DNA of 64,000 bases. It comes from Candidatus Latescibacterota bacterium. Its GTDB lineage: Bacteria; Latescibacterota; UBA2968; GCA-2709665. The stretch spans positions 736,001 to 800,000 of the forward strand of contig OZ252100.1 in assembly GCA_965248435.1 (NCBI GenBank). The letters are read 5' to 3'. This document shows, piece after piece, positions 50,185-59,050 of the stretch. The translations under genes and the position numbers were made by a program. The notes under the pieces are model-generated. The model was not told where the DNA came from. It saw nothing but the letters and a program-made list of their open reading frames with translations, and did no database searches. Numbering within the stretch: the first letter of the stretch is position 1; each line of letters opens with the position of its first letter.

Positions 50185-50360
50185 CACCCCTCCTGTTCCA
50201 TCGGATACTTCAGCCCCCACTGCGAGCGGATCCGGTCCAGGATTGCCATAACCCCCAAGGTCTCGTCTAAGGGCATAATCTCGCTCTCCAGCCTGGCTTC
50301 CCGCAGGCAGCGCATGACCTCGGCGGGTTCGTAATGGAAGCCGTTGCCCTCCAGAGAGTC
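50184..50360 (-). pseudogene. C-terminal fragment of a second Gfo/Idh/MocA oxidoreductase
   Basis: GNGFHYEPAEVMRCLREARLESEIMPLDETL..LDRIRSQWGLKYPME; the rest of the gene is missing. Confidence 0.7.
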
Positions 50361-50576
50361 CTTCGGCGAATTTATGGGCGATCTTTCCGGTGCCGAGTAT
50401 CCCCCCCAGCGAATAGGCATCATCACACTCCCTTCCGGCACAGGTATATCACAGTCCAGGCCGCTTTCGGCCTTGAATTTCTGGATCTCTTGGCGAACCT
50501 ATCGAATCGGGTCTGATTTGAGCGTGTCCCATTTTCAGATGGGGGTTTGGGATATCGGGCAGGCTGAATCTCTACC

Positions 50577-52643
50577 TCAGGAGGTCTCGAACAGGCCGAC
50601 GAGCCCTTCCAGGGAATTGACGGCGGGAACGCCATGCTGGCGGAAGCTTCTCCGGGAGATCTGGTCCCTCGAAATCCCGACGAACTTCAGGTCCTTATCC
50701 CGCGCCAGATAATAATCCCTCAAACTGTCGCCTACAAAGAGCACTTCGTCGGGGCGCAGCCTGTACCCCTGGAGGATGAAGGTGAGCTGCGCCGCCTTCG
50801 CACGTCCCGTCTGGTAGCCGGATACGCGGTCTACCAAACCTTCGATCCGGGTCAGACGGGTATATCTGTCGAGCATCTCCTGGTCGGTGCTGCTGCAGAT
50901 AAAGGTCAGCAGATTCTGGTGCCTGAAAAACTCTAGCGCCGGAATGGCGTAGGAAAAGAGGGGGTGATTGAAGATATCCTCAACTTTGCGCGATTCAAAA
51001 TGCGCAGCTACCTCTGCGTTTTCCAAGTGGTTCGGGAAGATCTCCTCCAACTGGCTTGCAAAGTCCAAACCGGCGGTCTCTAAGTAGCGCCTGCGCGCCT
51101 CGTCCGCTGCGAGATGGTAGTTCCGGGTGATGAGACCGACGGCTAAGTCGGTGAGGAAAGGCATGGTGTCAGCGACGGTGCCGTCGAAGTCGAAGACAAC
51201 TGCTTTGAGGTCGCGGATAACCAGACGGCCGGGCGTTTGGCTGCCTGCTTTGAGGGAGCGGCCCGGCGTTTGCGCAACCTTCCAGGAATGCAGCATTCGC
51301 CACACCACAATGAGGTTGGTGTGGACAGCCGTGAGGACCAGCCCCAGCAAGGCAAAGGCCGGGTGGAAGTAGGCCATAGTCCCGCACAGGAAGAACACAA
51401 AAAGCCGGAGATCCCGTCCTCTGCCGGCGGCTATCCACTTGCCTTTGTAGCGGTAGTTAAGGTTGACCACCGATTTTGCGGAGGTATAACTGACCATGAG
51501 GTGGCCCACAATGGCCAGGATGGAGATGGTGAAGATCAGAAAAGGACTCCAGGTAATGCCGGCGATCTTCTGACCTGCCAGCCGGTCCAGGGCGTAGTAG
51601 GCCAGTCCGGCGAACATCAAGGAGTCCGCATAGCGGTCCATGACCGCATCTAAGTAATCCCCCATCTGGGACTGGAGGTGTTTGAGACGGGCGACCTCTC
51701 CGTCACTCCCGTCTAAGATACTTGCCAGTTGCAGCAGCACCGCGCCGGCCACTGCCTGGCCCAGGAAGAAGCACAGGCTGCTCACCAGCGCCACCAGAAA
51801 GCCGACCACAGAGACCTGGTTGGGCGTGATCTGTGGGTATACCTTCAGGCAGAGAGGGGTGAAGATCCGGCTTGAAATTTTCCGGTTGATATGGCGGGAG
51901 ACCCAGCCGTCTGCGGATTTTGTCGAAAGGCCGGACAAGAGAATTTTCTCAGCTCGCACGAGGCCGTCTTCATCGTCTATATCCACCCAGAAGCGCCCCG
52001 TTATGTTGAAGGGGCGGACGGCGCTCTGGTCCGACAAAACCCGTATTGCCGCGGTGAGGGTGCTGTCACCGCGGAGGTCGATGGAGGTCCTGATGGCTTT
52101 GAAAATGGCCGGCGAACAAAGAAAGATACCTGTGTCATAGGCGTTATACGGAGTAATCTGCTTGCCTATATCCACGATCTTGTCACCGTGGGTGAGGACC
52201 TTCGTCACATCCTCCAGATCAACCCTGCCATTAGGCGAAAGGTCTCGATCAACGGCCAGACAGACCTCCCCTTCATCTATGCGCTCATCCTGCAATCTGC
52301 TGAGGATGTCCTCGTCAAAAACGTGGTCGGCCATAAGCAGGATGAAGTTCTCGTTCAGCAGATGGGCTGCCTTAAGGACGGAAAGGCCGTTTCCTGCCTC
52401 CCAATCTTCATTCGTAATTGAGGTAATGCGAACGTTCATGGTTTGGCTGAGCGAATCCAGGAAGCGCCTGACTTCCCTTCCCTTATAGCCTGTAACGACA
52501 CAAAAATCTCTCAGGCCGCTTTTTGTCGCCGTACGGATTGTCCGCTCGATGAGTGGCATTCCAAGAAGAGGGACGAGGGGCTTTGGAAGGCCTTTGCAGG
52601 ATAGTCTGGTTCCCTTTCCAGCTGCGATGATGAGGCATTTCAA
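50577..52643 (-). CDS. Three-domain fusion: inositol-1-phosphate cytidylyltransferase-like + DIPP synthase-like CDP-alcohol phosphotransferase + HAD phosphatase
   Basis: IIAAGKGTRL..PKPL / LMADH / WVDID; DGWVSRHINRKIS, TPNQVS, DGSDGEVAR..GDYLDAVMDRYAD; FDFDGT, CSST, FVGDSLRD. Confidence 0.85.
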   Translation of the reverse strand: MKCLIIAAGKGTRLSCKGLPKPLVPLLGMPLIERTIRTATKSGLRDFCVVTGYKGREVRRFLDSLSQTMNVRITSITNEDWEAGNGLSVLKAAHLLNENFILLMADHVFDEDILSRLQDERIDEGEVCLAVDRDLSPNGRVDLEDVTKVLTHGDKIVDIGKQITPYNAYDTGIFLCSPAIFKAIRTSIDLRGDSTLTAAIRVLSDQSAVRPFNITGRFWVDIDDEDGLVRAEKILLSGLSTKSADGWVSRHINRKISSRIFTPLCLKVYPQITPNQVSVVGFLVALVSSLCFFLGQAVAGAVLLQLASILDGSDGEVARLKHLQSQMGDYLDAVMDRYADSLMFAGLAYYALDRLAGQKIAGITWSPFLIFTISILAIVGHLMVSYTSAKSVVNLNYRYKGKWIAAGRGRDLRLFVFFLCGTMAYFHPAFALLGLVLTAVHTNLIVVWRMLHSWKVAQTPGRSLKAGSQTPGRLVIRDLKAVVFDFDGTVADTMPFLTDLAVGLITRNYHLAADEARRRYLETAGLDFASQLEEIFPNHLENAEVAAHFESRKVEDIFNHPLFSYAIPALEFFRHQNLLTFICSSTDQEMLDRYTRLTRIEGLVDRVSGYQTGRAKAAQLTFILQGYRLRPDEVLFVGDSLRDYYLARDKDLKFVGISRDQISRRSFRQHGVPAVNSLEGLVGLFETS

Positions 52644-53150
52644 GGGATCGATCTATTCCTCCCTCCCGCTGGTGTTACAATTTTGCGCAAATGCAAATTT
52701 CTCGAGGATATGCGAGCTTCACGCTCTTGCGTAAGAAATTCCAATACTCTACTGAGGGAGTGTGAAAGAGCCCCGTAGTTCATACACGGTCCCCTCCAGG
52801 TCGTTAGCCAACGCCCGTCAAGGTAAACATCTAACGGCCTTTTATGTTTTCCGCGCTTTAGGATGAGGAAGTTTGTAAAAAAAAAACCCCCACATGCCAA
52901 AGATTTCGTCTTTGGCAGTGCAGCGGTCTCCTTTCTAAGCGGAATGTCTCGTCGCTGGGGGGGTCCCCATCAGTCCCGATCATTCAAAGAAAATTTGCCA
53001 TCTCTGCCTCCGAACACTTTCGGACGAACTCCAGGGGAAAATATGGAAGCCGCCCACAAATTAAGCCGCAATCGATAGGCCTCCGCAGGTAAAAACAGAA
53101 GCCTCCTCTTTCGGGCTGTAGGTATCCATTACATTATTTAAGCCATCCAC

Positions 53151-53179
53151 TATATAAAAAATCAGCCGACCCTTGTCAA
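53151..53179 (-). promoter_or_regulatory. Putative sigma70 promoter about 500 nt upstream of the IPCT-DIPPS-HAD gene
   Basis: TTGACA-17 nt-TATATA on the minus strand. Confidence 0.5.
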
Positions 53180-53626
53180 GAAGAAATGGGACCCCTTTTC
53201 ACAGGACTGAATTGGCCACGCCAGACAGGTGCACGGCGTAAGAATTTGGCCTTTGGCCCCGGCGTTTCACAATGCGCTCGAAGTACCGATCCACCCTTCT
53301 GCCCGCGAAAGCCGCCGCCCCCCCTACAAACTTGGGGTCCTTACGACGAATCAGTTTTCACAATTCCGCACCTTGACCCGGCGTTCTTGTCGGGACGTGC
53401 GGCTATTGGTTTTGTGCAGCATTGAAAAGAGGTGATGGCCGCAAGGTTGACGATCGGGCGAAGAAGAACTAAGGAACTCATCGGTTACATGCTTGAAGCC
53501 TTCTATCCCATTTCTGAGTTAGTCTGCCGATCTTCCTGAACATCCTCCGCAGGTCTTTCCTGATGTCGTCGGACATTCTCTCACCCTTTTCTAAAACAAG
53601 GAGTCTGTCCCTTTCTAAGCCGTTGA

Positions 53627-53869
53627 TTATTGCATCTCTTGAATTTGTTTATAACCCATTTCTGTCAGACCATACCCCAATGGATCACGACGGGTGATAT
53701 ATCCTGACTCCATCAGACTTTTGATGATCGCCTCCCAGTGGTCTCGTACATTCTTGGACAATTTAGCCCGTTCCTCATTCAGGATCGAAATGGCAAGGTA
53801 GTCCCCCTTGGTGATTTTGTGCTCTTTGAAAACGTTCATTACTGCGCGTTGTTCAGGTGTGAGTTCCAT
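53627..53869 (-). CDS. Small hypothetical protein, winged-helix-like C-terminus
   Basis: RBS AGGAG; IKSLMESGYI...YGLTEMGY pattern. Confidence 0.55.
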   Translation of the reverse strand: MELTPEQRAVMNVFKEHKITKGDYLAISILNEERAKLSKNVRDHWEAIIKSLMESGYITRRDPLGYGLTEMGYKQIQEMQ

Positions 53870-54046
53870 ATCCCGCTCCTGCAAGAAGCTCGAAACGACC
53901 ACCGTGAAAAGCCCGACGGACCGCAGACCGCGACAGGGATTTTGCCAGCCCGGCCCGTCGATGATGAACTCGAGTTGATCAAAGACCAACGCCCAAGCTT
54001 GGGTAACAGGCGGCATCCGCACAACTTGAGGCCACCTTAGACCAAC

Positions 54047-54231
54047 CTCCAGAACATCGCTCTCTGCTCCTCAGCAGGCAGTTTCACCAGCTCCCGGAGT
54101 TTCCTCTGCATCCAGGCCTAACAGAAAATCCTGGATATCCTGATCCAGTTTGAGGAGATCCAAAACCTGGGTGATCCGTGCCCTAGACACACCTTCCTGA
54201 CGAGCCAGGGCAGCTCGGCTCGTGACCTCTC
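54047..54231 (-). pseudogene. HTH gene fragment, direct-repeat copy 2 (internal deletion versus copy 1)
   Basis: GEVTSRAALARQEGVSRARITQVLDLLKLDQDIQ; lacks about 29 nt present in copy 1. Confidence 0.7.
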
Positions 54232-54401
54232 CCTGATCAAGAATAGACTTGCAGCGGATAGCTTCTCGAAGTGGATTCGTGAAGAACCGAGGCCGTTCTT
54301 CCGCCGGATGCCCCATCATGATGACAGCTCGCCGATTCCTAGCGGTCTGATAAACAGGACACTTATCTCGAACAACCAAGGGTTCAGTGAGAGTAACACC
54401 T

Positions 54402-54464
54402 GGGGAGCCGGAATACAAAAGGGACCGTGATTTGATCACGGTCCCTTTTCTTACTTGCACGGCC
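54402..54464. repeat. Hairpin-containing repeat, copy 1 (copy 2 at 55690-55752)
   Basis: AAAAGGGACCGTGA-TTTGA-TCACGGTCCCTTTT followed by CTTACTTGCACGGCC. Confidence 0.7.
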
Positions 54465-54625
54465 AAGTCGCGGCCCTTGATGGGATGTGGAGCCGCATAA
54501 GCTTGACGTTCTGCCGAACTTGAGGGGCTGTCGGAAGCGTTGAGTTTCGGGATGGAAACGATTGGTATGACGATTTGACCGCAACCAACCCGCTGTGATC
54601 GATAGCCTCCGCTATGCTGCCGGTC

Positions 54626-55291
54626 CTATGGCATCTCCCCGCCCACTGCCAAGGCCTCCTTAGCGCTCTGCCCCGCGGCGAATGCTGCGTTTACGCCGTG
54701 TTCCCATTCTCTGATCGCCTGGGCCTTGGCGACGACGTCGCTAAGCTCCTCCGGACGAACGACGATCACGCCGTCATTGTCCCCGACGACAACGTCACCG
54801 GCGTAGATCGTTCGGGCGCCGATGACCACGGGTTCGTTGGCCGCAACGGCCAAGGCTTTGCCGTGGATGTATCCTGGCGCAATCATTCGGGAAAACACCG
54901 GGAACTTCATGTCGCGAAGGTCATGGCTGTCTCTGGCCGCCCCCTCGATCAGGGCCCCGACGAAACCATGGGCGCGAGCAAGAGTAGCGCCGCCCTCGCC
55001 CACAATCCCATATCCGCGTAACTCCTCGGGCACCTGGATGACCATGATCGAGTAAGATTCTAGAGACTGGGACTCGTACGTGTCTGCGAGCAACGCCAAA
55101 TCGGCCGGAAATTCGTCTGTCGCCATTTCGAGGCGGACGGTGACGGCCGTGCCCGCCATCCGCGTGAACGGCACCGCCGGCCTGATACCCGGATCAAGAT
55201 GACTTTCAGACAATCCCAGTCGGACTCTCGCGTCAACCAGCAGCGGAGTTGAGAGGCTTAGTAGCTTCTCGCGCAGTTGCAGACTCAGCAT
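54626..55291 (-). CDS. RraA/HMG aldolase family protein
   Basis: MAGTAVTV, GALIEGAARD, FPVFSR, GDVVVGDNDGVIVV. Confidence 0.88.
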   Translation of the reverse strand: MLSLQLREKLLSLSTPLLVDARVRLGLSESHLDPGIRPAVPFTRMAGTAVTVRLEMATDEFPADLALLADTYESQSLESYSIMVIQVPEELRGYGIVGEGGATLARAHGFVGALIEGAARDSHDLRDMKFPVFSRMIAPGYIHGKALAVAANEPVVIGARTIYAGDVVVGDNDGVIVVRPEELSDVVAKAQAIREWEHGVNAAFAAGQSAKEALAVGGEMP

Positions 55292-55319
55292 TCAGCGCAT
55301 CCTGCATAAGCATCTGGTG

Positions 55320-55379
55320 GTCCAACGTTCAAGCTCAGCGGCGCCGCTTGTCGGCGTCCACTGCAGCGCCGTGTTCTGT
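55320..55379 (-). other. Integron attC-like recombination site (60 bp)
   Basis: Minus strand reads ACAGAAC-acggc-GCTGCAGTGGACGCCG-acaag-CGGCGCCGCTGAGC-ttgaac-GTTGGAC: AAC...GTTRRRY ends and an imperfect palindrome with extrahelical bases. Confidence 0.75.
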
Positions 55380-55394
55380 GCCGTGGGACCACTA

Positions 55395-55592
55395 TTAAAA
55401 GGTGTCACGCTTAAATTTCAGAGCCTTTGCCCGTTTCCTTGCTGCATCTTTTCGTTTTCGTTTCTTTTTCACTGAAGGCTTTTCGTAGTATCTTTTTGCT
55501 CTTATATCCTTCAAAAGGCCTTCCTTCTGGGCTTTGCGCTTAAAAGCCTTAAGTGCTTTTTCGACATTATTCTCGTAAACGGTTATGATCAA
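55395..55592 (-). CDS. rpsU: 30S ribosomal protein bS21
   Basis: ENNVEKALKAFKRK..KEGLLKDIRAKRYYEKPSVKKKRK; TTG start. Confidence 0.9.
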   Translation of the reverse strand: MIITVYENNVEKALKAFKRKAQKEGLLKDIRAKRYYEKPSVKKKRKRKDAARKRAKALKFKRDTF

Positions 55593-55689
55593 AAGGGCGC
55601 TCTCTTTCTGGGGAACCATACAGGACCTTGTCCTGAGTGGCCCGCGAAACGGCCGTATCGAAGGGCCTGACCCGGCAGGGTTTAAGCGC

Positions 55690-55752
55690 GCCGGCGCCAG
55701 AATATCAAAGGGATCGTGATTCGTCACGATCCCTTTTCTTGTTCGCACAGCC
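55690..55752. repeat. Hairpin-containing repeat, copy 2
   Basis: AAAGGGATCGTGA-TTCG-TCACGATCCCTTT followed by TCTTGTTCGCACAGCC. Confidence 0.7.
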
Positions 55753-55826
55753 ACCTCGAATGCAAGTTGCTGTGCGCTGTCACAATTCTACTGCCGTGCG
55801 CTGCGTCTCCCGGTGCCGCAACCTGG

Positions 55827-56486
55827 CTATTTCGGCTGGGGCACGATTCGAATATACGGCAGCGGTGACTTCCAGCCGTCTGGATATTTCTTTTCGGCCT
55901 CCTCGTTCGACACCGACGGAAGGATGATCACGTCGTCGCCCTGCTTCCAGTTAACGGGGGTAGCCACCTGCTTCGTCGCGGTGAGCTGGCAGGAATCGAC
56001 CAGGCGCAGGATTTCGTCGAAGTTACGGCCGGTGCTCATCGGATAGGTGAGCGTGGCCTTGATTTTCTTGTCAGGCCCGATGATGAACACTGACCTTGCG
56101 GTCGCGTTGTCAACCGGGGTCCTGCCTTCGGACGTATCGCCCGCATCGGCCGGCAGCATGTCGTAGGCCTTGACGACCTTCAGCTCGGGATCGCCGACCA
56201 ACGGATAGTTGAGCGGGTGGCCCTGCGAGGCCTCGATGTCCTTCGACCACTTCTTGTGGTCGCTGACGCCGTCGACGCTGATCCCCAGGACCTTGCAGTT
56301 GCGTTTCTTGAAATCGGGCTGGAGACCGGCCACGGCGCCAAGTTCGGTCGTGCACACCGGTGTGAAATCTTTCGGATGCGAAAACAGGACCGCCCAGCCG
56401 TCGCCGATCCACTCGTGAAAGTTGATCGCGCCTTCCGTCGTCTCGGCGGTGAAATTCGGGGCTTCGTCGTTGATTCTGAGTGACAC
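55827..56486 (-). CDS. 1-Cys peroxiredoxin (Prx6 family)
   Basis: FSHPKDFTPVCTTELG, YPMSTGRNFDE, ATPVNW. Confidence 0.95.
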   Translation of the reverse strand: MSLRINDEAPNFTAETTEGAINFHEWIGDGWAVLFSHPKDFTPVCTTELGAVAGLQPDFKKRNCKVLGISVDGVSDHKKWSKDIEASQGHPLNYPLVGDPELKVVKAYDMLPADAGDTSEGRTPVDNATARSVFIIGPDKKIKATLTYPMSTGRNFDEILRLVDSCQLTATKQVATPVNWKQGDDVIILPSVSNEEAEKKYPDGWKSPLPYIRIVPQPK

Positions 56487-56663
56487 GGTGTCCTCCTGGG
56501 CTTTTGGGGATGTGGGGATTGTGTCTTGAGATTTCGGTCAATCAATGGTGAGTTACAGCGCTGGATTGCTCACTCACCCCACAATGTAACTTTCTATACC
56601 CATCATTCCCAGCTAAATCTACGCCGACCCTAAGCGGGGTCAGGGGATCTTTCTCCTCATCGG

Positions 56664-57005
56664 ACCCACCCCTGAATCCCCTCCAAGGAGGGGACCTCAC
56701 ATTCACGTCGCATAACCAAACAGGGTCACCAAATTCCCCTCTTGGGAGGGGTGCCCCGAAGGGCTTGCCCCTACACGATTAAAGCAGGGGGCGGGGTGGG
56801 TTTGCGAACGACGATCGACGGCCTTAACCATGCCTCCGGTGGTCTACCCTTCGACACATTCGACTCCCTGCGGTCGCTCAGTGCAGGCAAGCTCAGGGCA
56901 TGCTTTTCTTGCTCGCCCAAGAAAAGGCCTACCGCAACCGCTACCCTTGGGCACAGCGCGGCTGTGCCCCTACACTCCAAGATTTCGCCGTAGGGGCGCG
57001 GCACC
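56664..57005. repeat. Patchwork of REP-like palindromic repeats
   Basis: TCCCCTCCAAGGAGGGGA / TCCCCTCTTGGGAGGGG pair, a CCCTTCGAC..GCTCAGGGC unit, and GGGCACAGC-GCG-GCTGTGCCCCTAC / GTAGGGGCG units. Confidence 0.65.
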
Positions 57006-57248
57006 TCACCTTCAGTGGAAAGGACGGTGGCGGCAATCAGGGCGGGACTCCTGCCCCGCCTGACGCCCACTATGGGACCGGCCCAGAGGGCCTAACCGCG
57101 TGGGAGGTGAAAGAACGAGGTTGCAAGGGAGTCGCACACCGCGGCCCTGAGGGGTTCAAGCGATCTCTTTCGTGAGTTTGTGCCCGCTGATCCTTCAAAC
57201 GAAATAAATATATTCAATGACTTTTAACTTCCTGGAATCGGAATAGAC

Positions 57249-57277
57249 TTGACTAAGTCCTCGACTTAGTCTATATT
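57249..57277 (+). promoter_or_regulatory. vapBC promoter with overlapping palindromic operator
   Basis: TTGACT-17 nt-TATATT; the palindrome GACTAAGTC-CTC-GACTTAGTC (57251-57271) overlaps the -35 and spacer. Confidence 0.75.
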
Positions 57278-57311
57278 TACTTTCTGAAAACTCGAAACGG
57301 AGGAGGCCATT

Positions 57312-57560
57312 GTGATCCAGACAAACATCCACGAAGCCAAGACGAACTTCTCGAAGCTTATCAAGCGGGTGATGACCGGTGAGGAAGTCGTCATCGCTCG
57401 AGCCGGCGAACCTGTAGCCCGACTGGTCCCCGTTAAAGACCGGGCACGCAAGCCGCGGAACCCGGGAAGCGCGGCGGGCGTTTTCCGGATCGCCGAAGAC
57501 TTCGACGCTCCGCTTCCCGAAGATATCCAGGCGTCATTTGAGGGCTCGACGACCAAATGA
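57312..57560 (+). CDS. Phd/YefM family antitoxin
   Basis: NIHEAKTNFSKLI..GEEVVIARAGEPVARLVP. Confidence 0.92.
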   Translation: MIQTNIHEAKTNFSKLIKRVMTGEEVVIARAGEPVARLVPVKDRARKPRNPGSAAGVFRIAEDFDAPLPEDIQASFEGSTTK

Positions 57561-57943
57561 CCTTCCTGCTCGATACTCACGTTTTTCTCTGGTGGATCTC
57601 CGGCGAGCCGCGTATGTCCAAGCGCGCGGCGGAAACCATTCGGAACCCCGATAGCGAACTGTTCGTCAGCGCCGTGTGCGGATGGGAAATCGCCATTAAG
57701 GCGACGCTGGGTCGGCTTGATCTGCCGTCCTCTCCCCTCGATTTCGTCGCCGAGCACCTCCACCAGAACGACTTCGACGTCCTCCCCATCAGCATGCATC
57801 ATGCACTGAGCGTTCATGACCTCCCTCGGGAACACAGCGATCCTTTCGACAGGCTCCTGATCTCCCAAAGCCTCTGTGAAAACCTTCCCATCATTACCGG
57901 TGATGAGGCATTCAAGCGCTACGACGTGCAAGTTATATGGTAA
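57557..57943 (+). CDS. vapC: VapC PIN-domain toxin
   Basis: LLDTHVFLW, WEIAIK, HSDPFDRLLISQ; ATGA overlap with the antitoxin. Confidence 0.92.
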   Translation: MTFLLDTHVFLWWISGEPRMSKRAAETIRNPDSELFVSAVCGWEIAIKATLGRLDLPSSPLDFVAEHLHQNDFDVLPISMHHALSVHDLPREHSDPFDRLLISQSLCENLPIITGDEAFKRYDVQVIW

Positions 57944-57979
57944 GCGTCCGCCTTGGCACGGCAAGTCGGTTCTGCTCTG

Positions 57980-58738
57980 TCAATTCTTCATAGCAATGCA
58001 GGCTAAGATGGCGATCTCGTGTATCACTGTCCTCTCGGGGCTCTGCTTCAGCTCGTCTTCCACCAGAGCCAGCCCCTCCAGAACCTCCTCCTCTGAAATC
58101 GTCCAGAGTTGAGATGCGTCCCGGTTCCTGAAATGAGCCAGGGCCTCTGACAGTTTCCATTCGGACTTGTCGATCCGAACATCCGCCGAAAACTCCAGCC
58201 CACGACTCTCCAACTCGTCTTGCAGTCTCTCCAGTGACCAGAATCGCCTCAGATCCTGTTCGTAGGTTCCGGGAAAATACTCGTAGTAGATCCAGTTCTG
58301 CATCTTCTGGGGTAGAATATTGGTAATCCTCAGTATCCCACCCCTCGACAGGATTCTTGTCATCTCATCAAGAGATTTCTGTTTGTCGCTGAAATGATGA
58401 AAAGTAAACTCTGTCGTAACGAAGTCGAAGGAGTCGGGTTCGAATGGCTGCGCTTCCGCGAACGCCCTGACGAAGTTGGCCTCTCCTGCAACCTTTTGGC
58501 GTGCAATGGATAGCATATCCAAAGAAGGTTCAAGACCAAACCATTGAATGTTGTGGTCCGTGAAATACCCGACCTGCATTTCCAGATAATTCCCCGTCCC
58601 GCATCCTACGTCGAGTACGGCGAAGGGCTTTTTTACTTCCTGTTTCAGAAGCGACTCTAAAGCAATATCCGGGTATGCCAGGGTCCTTCTGTTCTTGTCG
58701 TATCTTTCGGCGATCTTCGAGTAGTCGACGTTCTGCAC
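57980..58738 (-). CDS. Class I SAM-dependent methyltransferase
   Basis: VLDVGCGTG, GLEPSLDML, PFEPDSFD, FHHF. Confidence 0.88.
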   Translation of the reverse strand: MQNVDYSKIAERYDKNRRTLAYPDIALESLLKQEVKKPFAVLDVGCGTGNYLEMQVGYFTDHNIQWFGLEPSLDMLSIARQKVAGEANFVRAFAEAQPFEPDSFDFVTTEFTFHHFSDKQKSLDEMTRILSRGGILRITNILPQKMQNWIYYEYFPGTYEQDLRRFWSLERLQDELESRGLEFSADVRIDKSEWKLSEALAHFRNRDASQLWTISEEEVLEGLALVEDELKQSPERTVIHEIAILACIAMKN

Positions 58739-58759
58739 GGTGGCTCTCCATCCCTGCCT

Positions 58760-59050
58760 CTAACTTTCGGTTCGACGCTCTCTTACATACAGGTACGCCG
58801 GAAGGGCACAGGAAAGTCCGATGATCAGGTTGAGCAGGATGAAGAGGATCGGACTCCGCCCCCTTCCACGACTCTTCTGCTGAAACATCCATATCCAGAA
58901 TATCAGCGAGGTAATGAGCAAGTCCGAGGTGAAACCGCTAGCGGCCGAATTCGCGAACAGGGCAGAGATGAAGCCAAGGAGGTTCACACCTTCGATCGAG
59001 AAATGCTGGATGAAGAAGACGTAGGGTACGACCGCGCCAACGATCGCCAT
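58760..59050 (-). CDS. DUF2834-like small membrane protein (possible 5' frameshift)
   Basis: GAVVPY..F, ALFANSAASGFTSDLLI, IGLSCALPAYLY. The RBS-preceded ATG at 59072 is out of frame. Confidence 0.7.
   Translation of the reverse strand: MAIVGAVVPYVFFIQHFSIEGVNLLGFISALFANSAASGFTSDLLITSLIFWIWMFQQKSRGRGRSPILFILLNLIIGLSCALPAYLYVRERRTES

Noticed and set aside
48862-54231. HTH direct repeats as DGR template/variable repeats
   Set aside because: The differences are mostly synonymous and not adenine-restricted, consistent with two diverged gene copies.
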